Source of the DNA: Paraspadella gotoi
Lineage: Eukaryota > Animalia > Chaetognatha
NCBI GenBank assembly: GCA_051294375.1
Contig: CM119264.1
Span: forward strand, 30,938,146 to 31,002,145
Reading direction: 5' to 3'
DNA length: 64,000 nucleotides
Under the pieces are notes generated by a model. It saw only the letters and a program-made list of their open reading frames with translations, searched no databases and was not told where the DNA came from. The stretch's first letter is position 1. Every line of letters begins with the position of its first letter. The translations under genes were made by a program, and so were the position numbers. Positions 51,437 through 64,000 of this stretch are shown here, piece by piece.

Positions 51437-53241
51437 TGAGAAGAGAGAAGAGAGAAAGAGATGATAGAGAGAGAAAGAGAGAGAGAGAGAAAAGAATGAT
51501 AGAGAGAGAAAGAGAGAGAGAGAGAAAGAATGATAGAGAGAGAAAGAGAGAGAGAGAGAAAAGAGAGAGAGAGAGAGAGAGGGGGTGACCTTTACAACCC
51601 TGCCCCTCAAAGAATTTTTTTTCCTAAAAATAAAAAATAAAATTCAAACAATTAAGGATCATTGCGGACATTGCAAATTAGAAAAGTATTAAGTATACCA
51701 ATGAAAATCATGAGTAAATATTATCATTATGGTTCCTAACATTTACACAAGGGCCATTTGCCAAAGAAAGAAAAAATATGAGGAATCTTTTTTCGTACAT
51801 GTGCATCCCTTTCCTTTATTCCAAAACGATTCTTTCTCTCAAAAATAATATGTTTGCCCCATTTCATCTTATTGTTCGTGATCAAAAAAATCTGTCACCG
51901 AAATCCGTGATTGCCACTAAAATCTCTAAAGAAACTTCGGTCATTCTACAACGACTAAATATGCAAGCCTTAAAAAATCGCATAAAAAATGTATTTACAT
52001 CTAACCCGAGGAGTACAAGCTTAACCGTTTACGGTAAAATGTAAGTATTTTTAGTTTTTTTTAGTTATCTTTCGGTCGGTTCGTCGGTTGGTCCGTCGGT
52101 CTGTCTGTCCGTCGGTATGTCTGTCCCGTCGGTCTGTCCCACTTAGGTTAAAATGCATATAATTTGCCTATCGCTGGTTGCTCTTTTGTTTAGAGTTCAG
52201 AAAGAAAAAAATTTTATTATTATAATTACAAATGATAGTGTATGCTGCAGTATTAATTTGTTTATGCTGTAAAAATTTGGATTAATATTTTTTTATATTA
52301 ATACTAAGGTATACTTATTATAACTTTGTCTCCGATTTTTTTGTTTGANNNNNNNNNNNNNNNNNNNNNNNNNNNNNNNNNNNNNNNNNNNNNNNNNNNN
52401 NNNNNNNNNNNNNNNNNNNNNNNNNNNNNNNNNNNNNNNNNNNNNNNNNNNNNNNNNNNNNNNNNNNNNNNNNNNNNNNNNNNNNNNNNNNNNNNNNNNN
52501 NNNNNNNNNNNNNNNNNNNNNNNNNNNNNNNNNNNNNNNNNNNNNNNNNNNNNNNNNNNNNNNNNNNNNNNNNNNNNNNNNNNNNNNNNNNNNNNNNNNN
52601 NNNNNNTCCTGGTTTTCGTTTGCTTCCCATACTAATGTGTTTTCATATAGCAAAACTCAATACAATCCAAAAGNNNNNNNNNNACTAATGTGTTTTCATG
52701 TAGCAAAACTCAATACAATCCAAAAGATAGGAAAATTCTTAACGATTCTTCTGATATAAAAAGAAAAGAATTTTGTAAAATAATTTTGCGTATAGGCGGA
52801 TCAATTAGGGGGGTCAGATTCAAGTCAGAAACCTCTAGTTTTTTTAATTTTTTTTTCTATCTTAAACCGCTCTCGAGCTTTAAGAGAAGAGAGTTGACAT
52901 CCCGGTACTTATGACTTAATAACAGTCGTTGTTTAAGTGATAAATAAGCTTACATATATGCATAATAATAATTTATATAGTCAGGTTAATCTGCAAATCT
53001 GATTAGGTAAATTCTAAGTAAATGCGGGGCAACACCCTGCATTTGTAAGCCATTACTATTTCTTTTTACTTTAGCTAAAAGTAAAGATAGATTAGTGAAA
53101 TTAACTTAAAGTTAAACTTATTTTTCAAAAAAGCTTTGTCATTTCAAACTACCAAAATTCAGATAGATTAGTGAAATTAACTTAAAGTTAAACTTATTTT
53201 TCAAAAAAGCCTTGTCATTTCAAACTACCAAAATAAAATAG

Positions 53242-53968
53242 ATGTCGATGGATCGGGACGATGACTTGGCTCCGTTGCATTTCCACGAGGCTGCAATCAA
53301 GGAGAGAAACGGCGTTGATTTCTCCTCTGGGCCAATTTCGATGGAAGTCGCTAAGGCGGGTAAGGTCGCTAAGGCGGGTAAGGTCTTGAGTTAACAGATA
53401 ATTCTCACAAGGAGTCCGGCAGGATTTCCAATAGAACCTCTACTAAAAATGATTTGAACCTAAAAAATATCAAAAGCAGGAGTTATGAAGGGAAATCCAG
53501 ATTGATTATATATGAAATTGGTATAACCGATATGAAAATTATCCATTTAATAAATAAGCTATCTTAGGCTTTGGTGGTCTAAGGCCACCATCACTCTTAC
53601 AAGATAATGAGATAGCAGGTCCCTGAAAGCTTTCTATCAAGACGCTCTCACAGTCTCGTTTATTCCCTCTCAGAGTACCTGGCTTCCCTATCAATGAAGT
53701 GGTATAATGTTTCAAAGAATGTTTCAATATGTAATTATATGTATGAAATTAGTACAACCAATATAAATATTAGGTGCTAAATAAATTATGGCATATAGTA
53801 CTATCATTGAAGAGAGCGTGAAAATTGGAAAAATTATACTAACATACATACTTATATACTAGCCGAAACATGTACGGTTTTTAGTGCCCAACAATTTTTT
53901 TATATTGAAAAATTTTTTTACAAGTTTGCCAATGGCGATTTTATTCTAGCGGCGGGTTTCAGCATGTC

Positions 53969-53999
<31 letters not shown>

Positions 54000-56858
54000 T
54001 TCACTATATCACCTTTTAGATCGTATATTTTACCCCCAACTTCTCTCACGTTGTCCTAACTCAAGGCAAAGCCGACCGTCCTGTCCGAATCTACGCGGAC
54101 GGAGTCTTTGATCTTTTTCATTACGGACACACGCGTCAACTGATGCAGGCGAAGAAGGCTTTTCCCAGCGTTTATCTCATTGTGGGTGAGTTCAATCATC
54201 ATATTCTCTCTCTCTCTCTCTTATAAGACTTATGAAAATTTTCAAATTACTTGTTTCACTATTTTTTATTTTTTATTTTTATATTTTTATATTAGAAAAA
54301 CATTTTAATTCTAACGGAACGTGATAGTTAGATTTTTGTCACTCGCCAGGCGTCACGGGCGACGAGTGCACGCACCGTCTGAAAGGTCCCACGGTTATGA
54401 ACCAGAAAGAAAGATGCCAATCGGTGCGCTATTGCCGCTTCGTCGACGAGGTCGTCTACGATGGTGAATCAACGACAACAACAACAACAAAAACCACAGC
54501 GACACAACTTTAGAACCTAAGGTCACGTGACTAACGGACCCTAAAATAAAAAATCAACCAATCAATTGTTCATAATTTGTCGTCTCATTCGCTGCTTACC
54601 GCTAAATGCCAGCGTTAAGATATTGTCTATCAATTGAATTAATTTTTGTCGTGGAAGCAACGACTACTCGGTCCAGGGGCTTTTTTGGGAATAATTTCAA
54701 AAATTTATTTAAAGTAGTATTGTGGTGGTATATTTACACCACCTCACGTCCACGATCGTTCAGCCAATACCATTGGCTCAGAGGGGGAACACACCATCCC
54801 AGGCGTTGTGTTTTATATTATCATTATTAATAACCAATTTACATTGGTGCAAAGTTGAACTAAGTTCAGTTAATCTTCAATTCGTGCGGAAAGAAAAACA
54901 ACATATTATGGCAACAGCCGGGTTGCCTATGATGTCCATTGGGATGGGAGCTTCCGACCCTCAGTAACGCCTCCTGTCACTGGCGTGATAACCCGAGGAC
55001 AGTCTCGCTTTGCCAACGCAGAGGGAAGTCGTGAGGACTGTGGATGGAACACTACGCTTGGGATGGTGTGTTCCCCCTCTGAGCCAATGGATTTGGCTGA
55101 ATAATGGTGGATGTGAGGTGTGAATATACCGCCACAATATCATGTTAAAATGTTAATTTAGCTTTTATGCTATAAATATTTTATAAACTTTTTGACTATC
55201 GAATGAAAGCTAAGCCCAAGGGGTTTCCTAAAAAAATGTTATCGGTTTTTTTATCTAAATACAACAGATTTTTCAGATAATAAAGACACAAAATCGTTTC
55301 CCAAAAGAGCGCACCTCTACTATCTAGGAAAAAAGTATATAACATAATTCATTTATTCAATAAAAAGTATACAAAACATGGGTAAAACTTTTTTAATATT
55401 CAATATACCCTTCCTTGACATCAACTACTGCCTGCATTTTTTTGGGCATGCTCTTATTCAGCAAATTGAGGTATGACAGTGAAATGTTTTTCCACATCTT
55501 TAACACAATTCTTTTCAAACCCAATGTTGATGTTGCATGTTTTTACCTTTTTTTAAAAGGTATAATAGCACTTTTTTGAACCAAAAACAAGTGCAAGGCC
55601 TTTAGCATTGCTGAATTAAAAAAAAAATAACTCTATTCGAAAAAAAAATAAATAACTAAATACCAAAAATGGAAGAAAACTAAATATGATTTTTTTCGCC
55701 ATTTTTTATTTGAAGTAACCATATTTTTTGGCCTGTAACTTTTAAATGATTTGACCTACAAAAAAATGGAAGAAAACTACTGAAAAAAAATTTAATGTAA
55801 ATCCGGAAACATTCTGATTTTTTTTAAATCAAATAAGTTTTTGAATAAATATTCTTTATTAAAAATGTTATACACTTTTTTCCTAGATAGTATATATATT
55901 CTCCCGTTCGCATTCATTCTCCCCGTTCTCCCATTCTCCCATTCTCTCTCAGCTCCTTTCGCCGTCGGCGACGAGTTTTTGAAGGAGAACAAAATAGATT
56001 TCGTCGCACACGACGATTTGCCTTATGTGAGTGTCCCTTTAAGGCCTGGGATCAGTGGCCAAAAGTTATAATTAGGATGAAATAAAGCTTGTATTCGGAA
56101 AGTAGAGGTCCAGATGATTCTGAAAATGTATTCACTTTATCTTCTCTTAGGACTAAGCTCTGACGAAAAAAGCCAGAGGTTTTTTTTAATATATTCTTAT
56201 ACCGACCAATGTAGAATGTTATAGAATGTTATATTGAATAGAATGTTATATTGTTAAATTTCAAAAAAATCCGACCATAAATATAGAAAATATTAACCAA
56301 AATCTTCCAAAAATCTACCCCTTCTTAGGAAGATTTTCGCCATAGAAGATTTTTCCCGAATCTCACTCCCGGTTGAAAACTCTTGTCTAGATATATGGTG
56401 CTACCCCTGTATATTATATTGGTTGTACTAATTTCATATTAATTTTTAGTTATTAATTTAAAACGGCATTTAAAGTTATTCTAAGTTAATAAATTGATTT
56501 TATTTAAATAAATTCAGGCTTTTATTCATTTCAATTTATAGCCAACTTTCGTCGCTGGAGAATTTGGCGACGCTTATTCGCGTTTCAGAGAAAGAGGTCA
56601 GTTATCCTTGTTTACGTTTTTTGTTGCCGTTACTCAAAAGCTTGTACGTATATATATATATGTATGTTTGCACAATAACAGAAAAAAACTAAATTAATCA
56701 TTAAACATTTTGAAATTTGAAAATGCAGGTCAGTTTGTGGCCACAGAAAGAACTGAAGGAATATCAACTTCTGATTTGATCGGGAGAATTCTCAAGGTGA
56801 GATCCGTCCTTCCGCGCTAAGAAAACAAGTTTGAGCAAACAATGCCGGTCTGCCCACG

Positions 56859-56889
<31 letters not shown>

Positions 56890-57340
56890 GACAGGTTAGT
56901 TTTGTCTTTTCGTCACTGACCACGACAAAAACAATGACGACGATGATGGCGACGACGATAATAAGGCCGATAACGATTAATTGATTGAATTACTTGATTG
57001 ATTGATTGGTTTATTGATTGAGTTATTAATTTAATAATTAATTAATTGATAAATAAATTGATTGATTGAATAATTAATTAATATATAAATAAATTGATTG
57101 ATTGAATAATTAATTGATTGATTAATTGACTGATTAATTATTGATTAATTAATTGACTAATTGATTAATTAACTGATTAATTATTTGATTATTTGATAAA
57201 TCTTGCATTTATATTTAATATTTAAAGTAAAAAGCATAATCAATTAGTAAAGCAGGTTTTTTGTTTTTTTTCCATTTTTTTCCACTCGAACGATTCCATC
57301 GAAACTTGATTTTCAGCTTAATTAAAGAAGAGAAAAAGTG

Positions 57341-57374
<34 letters not shown>

Positions 57375-58921
57375 TTGAGACAAAATAGTGGTCAAATGGT
57401 CTCAATAAAACAAATTCGTTGTTGCCACTACAATCAAACATTTCTCATGATATTATTATTCAATTTTATTTTCTCAAAAAGGCTCAATATTTTTTTATTT
57501 CATATAAAAAGGCAGCAAAACAACATTGTTCAATCACTCAATCTCTTCATCACTCCACCCTAATGTGCAGACTAAAAAATTACAAGATTAATCATAATTT
57601 ATCATCTGATTCGGCATTGTTCGCTCAAACTTGTTCATTTTCACATTGAAAGGATTACAATCTTTACGAAAATCGAAATTTGGAACGAGGAATTTCGACG
57701 AACTTGCCTCTCGTTCAAGATCCTAAATTCCGCGTAAATATTTCATGGGAAAATAAATAGATAAATAAATAAATAATAATGATATAATAAAAATAATAAT
57801 AATAATTATAATAGTAATAATATGAATAACATAATAATAAAAATATTATGAATAATGATGATAATATTCTTTTCTTTATTTCTGTCGATCTTTCTTTCTT
57901 TTATTCTTTCTTTCTTTCCTTCTTTTTTTATATTTTTTTCTTTCTTGTTTTCCTCCTCTATCTCTCTCTTTTTTTTCTCTCTTTCTTTCTATCTTTCTTA
58001 TAATTACATATCTATCTTTCTTTCTTTCCTTCTATTTATATTTCTTATATTTACATATCTATCGATCTTTCTTTCTTTCTTTATTTCTTTCGTTCTTTCT
58101 ATATTTCTTTCTTTCTATCTTTCTCGTTTTTCTTCTTTCTTTCCTTCTATCTTTCTTCTCTCCCCTTTTCTTTCTTTCCCCCTCTTCCCAACAGCTGCTT
58201 GACCTCCCCGCCAATATTCTCTGCAAAGCAGACAGCCTGGCGCGTCGCTCCTTCCGCGCCATCTCTACATTTTTCGTCGGCGCCGAGTGGACAGGAGAGG
58301 AAAAAGGAAAGAAAGGCCACATTTCGGATGAGACCGAAGGACGAAGGTTGTTGTTCTTATTGTTCTTGTTGTTCTTGTTCTTGTTCTTTTTATTCTTGTT
58401 CTTGTTCTTGTTGTTCTCCTCTCACACGATTTGGCTAATTATTAAACTTAATACTTACATAAATAAACACATCGGGCTCACCAATGAAGTGACCGATTTA
58501 TATTTTATTAGACAATGTAAAACGGGAGAAAAAGGACATAGAAACGACATTTTTAGAGGCTGAAACGAATACATATTTTGACTCTTTATAAAGGAAACAT
58601 GAGTGCGACCTTAGGTATAGAAAGAGATAGAAAGAGAGAGAGAGACAGAGAGAGAGAGAGAAAGAGAGAGAGAGCGTTCACGGCCAGATTCTTTGGCCAA
58701 AATAATTGGCCAGTGGATCGGCGAATTGTCTTCCCCACAATATAATAATTATGAAATATAATCTAATATAGTAAAAGGATTAATTTTGAAATTTTTTTTT
58801 TCCCAATTTTTACTCCAGATTGATTTCGGGTGACGTCGATGGCGTCCACGTATCCACGTCGAGTCGCGCAAAGAACTTCGGGACGGGCGATGCCACCGAC
58901 TCCAACTCCGGTTCCATCTGA
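53242..58921 (+). CDS. PCYT1: Choline-phosphate cytidylyltransferase (CCT). Exons: 53242-53359, 54066-54185, 54350-54463, 55953-56026, 56542-56596, 56729-56796, 57653-57733, 58195-58346, 58819-58921
   Basis: [31 protein letters not shown] (HxGH motif), [55 protein letters not shown]. Single catalytic domain, consistent phases. Confidence 0.92.
53510..53765 (+). mobile_element. ~250-300-bp interspersed repeat family. Other copies or fragments at ~7890-8050, 16200-16375, 28855-28950, 37020-37195, 40200-40400, 44140-44260 and 62900-63305
   Basis: Shared core atgaaattggtacaaccaatataaaaattatccattcatttaataaataagctatcttg..tttaaggcctccatcactcttacaagataa..aggtccctgcaagctttc..cagtctcgtttattc. Confidence 0.85.
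54907..55136 (-). mobile_element. Second copy of the ~230-bp solo-LTR-like element with target-site duplication ATAT; a partial opposite-orientation copy lies at 54721-54812
   Basis: ATAT|tatggcaacagcc..cgccaca|ATAT, with reverse-complement similarity to 62956-63183. Confidence 0.75.
56148..56385 (+). repeat. ~230-bp dispersed repeat with a second copy at ~61829-62047
   Basis: taggactaagctctgacgaaaaaag..ccgaccataaatatagaaaatattaaccaaaatc..ctcccggttgaaaactctt occurs in both places. Confidence 0.85.
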
Positions 58922-59832
58922 TGGCTACGGCTGCGATGCCATCTTTAATTTTGGCCCAAAAAATTATTGTTGTTTGAAATATAACTTTCATGCAAATATT
59001 GAAAAAAGGACTAATTTGCAATGAAACTAAACCGAATGAAACCTTTTTCAACGAAGTCCGCTTGTTGCGGCTCCTGAAGCAGCGGACAAAAACACACGCA
59101 CAAAACTCGTCTCTTTTGCTGCGGCTCCTGAAGCAGCGGACTCTGGTTAAAATGTGCTAGATAGCGCCCTAAATTATGCTAAAAATAGCTCGATTTTTTT
59201 TACTATGCTAAATATTATGCCAAATTATCTTAAAGCTAATTTAATGCAAAACTGTTTTGAGAGTATGGAAAAATGATTATTATTAGAGCATATGAAAAAT
59301 CATTTCGACAGATGAAAACAAAAAAGACAAAAAAATGATGATTTTTGTGAATTGCAACGAGCCATATAACCGGTCAAGTCCTGTAAAACAAAGGTCTTTT
59401 GCAGCAGTAATTTTTAAAGAGACCAATCAACCAACTGATGCCATCTACTGTCTGGCACTTGTAAAGTTGCTTCAACATGCTATTACTGGTATTACAGAAC
59501 TCCACAAGCATCTCAGAGGAAAATCGGTGTTAACCAAATACTTTGACTTTATTGCATAAATGCTAGCAATCCGTTCCTGGTCTCAAACAATTGTAATGGT
59601 ATTAACATGATTGTTATCAAAGAAATTAATAATAAAATAAACAAATCGCATATTTAATACGGATTTATATTGCCTGAGAAAGTGTTTTTCATACTTTATC
59701 CAATGCGGTAGATCATAAAATTCTTTTCACATTTTGAATATGCCAGATTGTATATCAGATCATTTTTTCACCGGCTAAACCGTCTGAAATTATGCCAGAT
59801 CTGGCACACAGTATGCTAAGTTTTAACCAGAG

Positions 59833-59962
59833 CAAGTTGAAAAAATGATGCAAGTTGAGAAAATGATGCGAGTAGAAAAAATGATGCAAGTTAAAAAAAT
59901 GATGATAGTTAAAAAAATGATGCAAGTTGAAAAAATGATGCAAATTGAAAAAATGATGATAG
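59833..59962. repeat. 18-bp tandem repeat, about 7 copies (CAAGTTGAAAAAATGATG)
   Basis: Directly visible. Confidence 0.9.
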
Positions 59963-60593
59963 TATGGACGACACAAGTTTCAGATCAAGAATGATTTATT
60001 CTTCAACAAGGTTATAAACAATAACAGTCAAAATGCTCAGATGCTAAGTCTATTACAATGGTATTTACAAAGGTCAACGTTTTGACCACAAATAAACTGG
60101 GGGAAACGAGCGGGGTCAGGTTGTTAAGGTCAAGTGGTTTGACCGAGGTTGCATGTTCTATTTGTTCGTCCACAATAGTTAAAAAATGATGATAGATACA
60201 GGGTACAGGGTACAGGGTTTATTAGAAACAACTCTGAGGGGCCTCACCATCGATGCTCAAGGAAGCACTTCTACTTCCCTTACAGCTTACATTCAAGATT
60301 TAGTCATGAGAGACGGTATGGTGCCGATGGCCAACGTGCAACAGTTTCTGCTGTAGATGGCACCAATTCTACGCCAACATTTTTAGGTGATACAGGGATT
60401 AGGGATTAGAATTAGGGATTAGGGTTAAGGATTATATTAATTGATTAGGAGAAATAGGTTAAGGTTAAAATTAAGTTCAGGTATTTGAAACAGAAATGGA
60501 GGGCTTTCGGAAAATAGTTGCCAATATTGATGAGGTATATCGAACGAGTGATCATGATATTTTTCAGTTTGTTCTTTACTTTGGTCAGATCTT

Positions 60594-60715
<122 letters not shown>

Positions 60716-61228
60716 ACTATTTCTCGCTATCAATTAGTGTGGTATTTGAAGAATTAAAAGTAATAGTAGGAAATCGTCGGGTCCCATATCGTAACATATA
60801 CTGTAGGAAGGAGGATGAGGAGGCGGAAGAGGAAGAGGAGGGGGAAGAGGAGGATGAGGAGGGGGAAGAGGAAGAGGGGTTTATGGAGCCGGAGCTGTCT
60901 GGTCGCCTAGCAACGAAAAAACTGACATTTTCGACGGAGCAACGAGAAAAATTCGTCGGCCAATGTATATGGGACTCATAAAAAAAATGTTTGTGTCAAA
61001 TGTTTGTATTTGACATAATAATAAATCGAAATGACTTTTTAAGCCTCAGAAAAAAATATTTTATTTTTTACAATTGAATGCGATTTTAGAGATTGTTTTT
61101 CCTTAACTTCAGTTTTTTTTAAAATTTGTTATTGTTATTAATCAAAATACATGAATCATCAATGATTCTTTATTTATTTAAGTTTAAAATCGTAACTGGT
61201 TAAAAATTATTTTTTACTTTTTAGTACA

Positions 61229-61288
<60 letters not shown>

Positions 61289-62768
61289 TTCTTAGATTTT
61301 TCTTCTCTACACCATTATTGTTTCTTGATCTTTGACACGAGATGTCTGCAATCAATCGATACGAATTAACATTTAAACTTGAACATAATATACACATATA
61401 AAAATTATTACCCATTTCAATTATAAAATCTTTTTGTTTTACTTTTTCTTTCTCACATGATAATTACATCAACTCGTACAACTACATCAAAATGTAAATG
61501 TATACATAGAAAAATTCTTCTCAAAAAAAGACCAAAAAAAAGACAAAAAAAAGAAAAAAAAACTAACGAATTCTAAGAATAAAAATTTGCGTCGAATTTT
61601 TCACGAAAAAAAAATTGATATAAAAACCAAAATACAATCGAGATGAAGTGAAAAAAAAAGAGTGAAAAGTGAAAACCAATCAGAGGGACGATTTGTGACT
61701 TGCGACGTCATTGGTTTTAACCATTAATTTGTCCACTTGGGGGAAAAAATTGTAAAAGTAAGACGAGGAAAATACAAGGGGAGTTATTCTGTTAAAATAA
61801 TATTTATTATAATAATAATATAATATATTAGGACTAAGCTCTGACGAAAAAAGTCAAAGTTTTTTTTAATATATTCTTTGACCGGCCAATGTAGAATGAT
61901 GGCAATATTGCTATTTTTAAGTTTAAAAAAAATCCGACCATAAATATAGAAAATATTAACCAAAATCTTTGGAAAATCCACCCCTTCTTTGGAAGATTTT
62001 CGCCATATAAGATTTTTTCCGAATCTGACTCCCGGTTGAAAACTCTTAGAATTCCGATCGTTAGCTCCTCTTTTACTTTTACTTTAAATAAAAATTTCAG
62101 CAAAATGGACTAATTCACTTTAACATGATCGTATCATATTAAAATAACCAAATGAAATGTAAAGAAAAATTTTGAGAGCCCTTCAGACATATTGCTATCG
62201 GATTCCTGAATTTGAAGTTTATTGTAAAATGACAACATACCTTAAATGCGTTGACATTGTATTGAAGTTGAGAAATCCCTTTATTTTATATATAAAAATT
62301 GCGTCAAAAATATTTTCCCGAGCGGACCAGTCCATTTGAATCGAATGGTTCAATGTCAAAATGATGGTTATTTGTCAAGAGAAAAAAAATGCGAGCCCTT
62401 CAGATGCAACAGGATCGGAATCGAATGTTTTTACATCTATTTTTTACCCGAATTTTTCCCAGGGGCGTTGACATTATTTGGTAGTCAGATTTTAACGAAA
62501 ATCTCCATTGAAAAAGTCTTCCTCGATTTCTAAGAACGACGTAGACTCCTAAATATATATAAATAAATATAAATATATAATATTTATTAATTAATAACTC
62601 TCTCGTTAATTATCTTCCTATAGATTCATTATTCACTACTTTTGCATTCCATTTCTATAAAATTATCTTGTGCTTTCAAATTCATTTATCAATCCCGTCA
62701 TTCACAATTCATTCTTCCATTCATTCTCAATTCATTCATCCATTCATTCACCGATGAATTTCGTTCAG

Positions 62769-63714
62769 TGGCCGAAACGATATCCACTCCAACTTTAATA
62801 TTCATCGTTATCATCGCCTTTTTCGCTCTTTTTTGTCTCTTGGCCTCCGTCGTCTGGGGATATTGGAAATACAGGTGAATTAGGTATTGTAATTAATGTA
62901 ATGAAATTGGTACAACCAATATAAAAATTATTCATTCATTTAATAAATAAGCTATTGTGGCAGTCAATTTAAACCGCCTTACATCCATCATCGTTCAGCC
63001 AATCCCATTGGCTTAACTTTCCATCCACAGTCCTAACGACTTCCCTCTGCGTTGGCAAAGCGAGACCGTCTTAGGGTAACCGCGCCAGTGACAAGAGTCG
63101 TCACTGAGGGTCGGAAGCCCCCAAAGCCAACAGTGAGATGCCCCATCCCGATGGGCATCACAGGCAATCCGGCTGTTGCCATACTATCTTGCCCCTGACT
63201 TTGGACAGGCTTTGGTGGTTTAAGGCCTCCATCACTCTTACAAGATAACATAACAGGTCCCTGCAAGCTTTCAATCAAGACTATCTCACAGTCTCGTTTA
63301 TTCAATTTAAGACTAAGAGGGATGGAGGCCATAATTTCTTACTATGACGTCAAGTTATTTTTTTTTTTTAAATTCAAAAGGAAATTAGACTAAGCACCGT
63401 GTTTATTTTCAGTATTTTTTAGTCAAAACCTTTATGGATTTTCTTTGTTCCGGCTGCGTTGGATAGCCCAAACACTGCAGTTTCAGAAATCATCCATGGT
63501 TTTGTAATATTTACTGCGCTACTGCTGCAAAAATTACTAGGAACCAAAATTATCAGAAACCGTTATTGAAAGAATGGATAATTTTGATAATGGTGGGATT
63601 AAATTCATACCGTTATTGCATCGCAGAGGAATCGAACCTAAAAGATCGGCGACGCAAGAAGAAATTACAAAAGACTCTCTCATTGGTCAAACGACAAATG
63701 GCACCGGCCAATGA
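62769..63714 (+). CDS. Last two exons (62769-62874, 63627-63714) of a small single-pass membrane protein, identity unknown
   Basis: Exon VAETISTPTLIFIVIIAFFALFCLLASVVWGYWKYR (hydrophobic helix then basic residues) splices in phase to RGIEPKRSATQEEITKDSLIGQTTNGTGQ*. Upstream exons were not identified. Confidence 0.55.
62956..63183 (+). mobile_element. ~230-bp solo-LTR-like element (TGTGGCA...TGCCATA) with 4-bp target-site duplication CTAT, inserted into another repeat
   Basis: gCTAT|tgtggca..tgccata|CTATcttgcc; it interrupts the dispersed repeat exactly at aagctat^cttgcc. Confidence 0.75.
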
Positions 63715-64000
63715 TCAGCCGGGCTTCTATCCGCCGGGCATAGTTGCCCGAGTCACGGATCCGATTCCATTGTATAAATAGCTCTTGTTTTCCATGGCGA
63801 GTCACTCTGTCTAAAAATTGACACCATTTTCACTGTCTATCTTCTATGATTGTAAGATTAAATAATTAAGTAAACGTTAATTTACAGTCGGGATCATTTA
63901 GATTTTAAAAAAATACCCTTTATGTTTCCCCCCTCTCTTCTTCTCCCCCTCTCCCTCTTCTTCTCCCTCCCCTTCTTCCTATCCTTCCTCTCTCTCTTCT

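Noticed and set aside
59150-59820. Possible DNA-transposon remnant with short inverted ends (GTGCTAGAT/ATCTGGCAC)
   Set aside because: The inverted match is short, and there is no recognisable transposase or clear target-site duplication.

Overview
AT-rich, microsatellite-dense, intron-rich eukaryotic DNA, most likely from an invertebrate animal. It is a draft assembly with N gaps and some apparent indel errors inside exons. Splicing by hand gives five gene models. (1) Supervillin on + (~3.2-16.7 kb; the 5' end is not found in the window). (2) An SLC16/MCT monocarboxylate transporter on - (~46.1-17.8 kb) with a ~520-aa cytoplasmic loop. (3) A giant atypical septin (~32.1-20.6 kb, roughly 2000 aa) nested on the same strand in one 13-kb MCT intron; its P-loop is separated from switch I/G3 by roughly 1000 aa of low-complexity sequence. 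(4) An AADAC/HSL-family esterase fragment, antisense in the next MCT intron. (5) A choline-phosphate cytidylyltransferase (PCYT1) on + (53.2-58.9 kb), followed by the last exons of a small single-pass membrane protein. Non-coding DNA holds MITEs, HINE/DINE-1-like elements, a ~230-bp solo-LTR-like element with 4-bp target-site duplications, remnants of minimal hammerhead ribozymes, a 35-bp minisatellite and many tandem duplications spanning splice sites. All exon boundaries were read by eye and may be off by a few bases.
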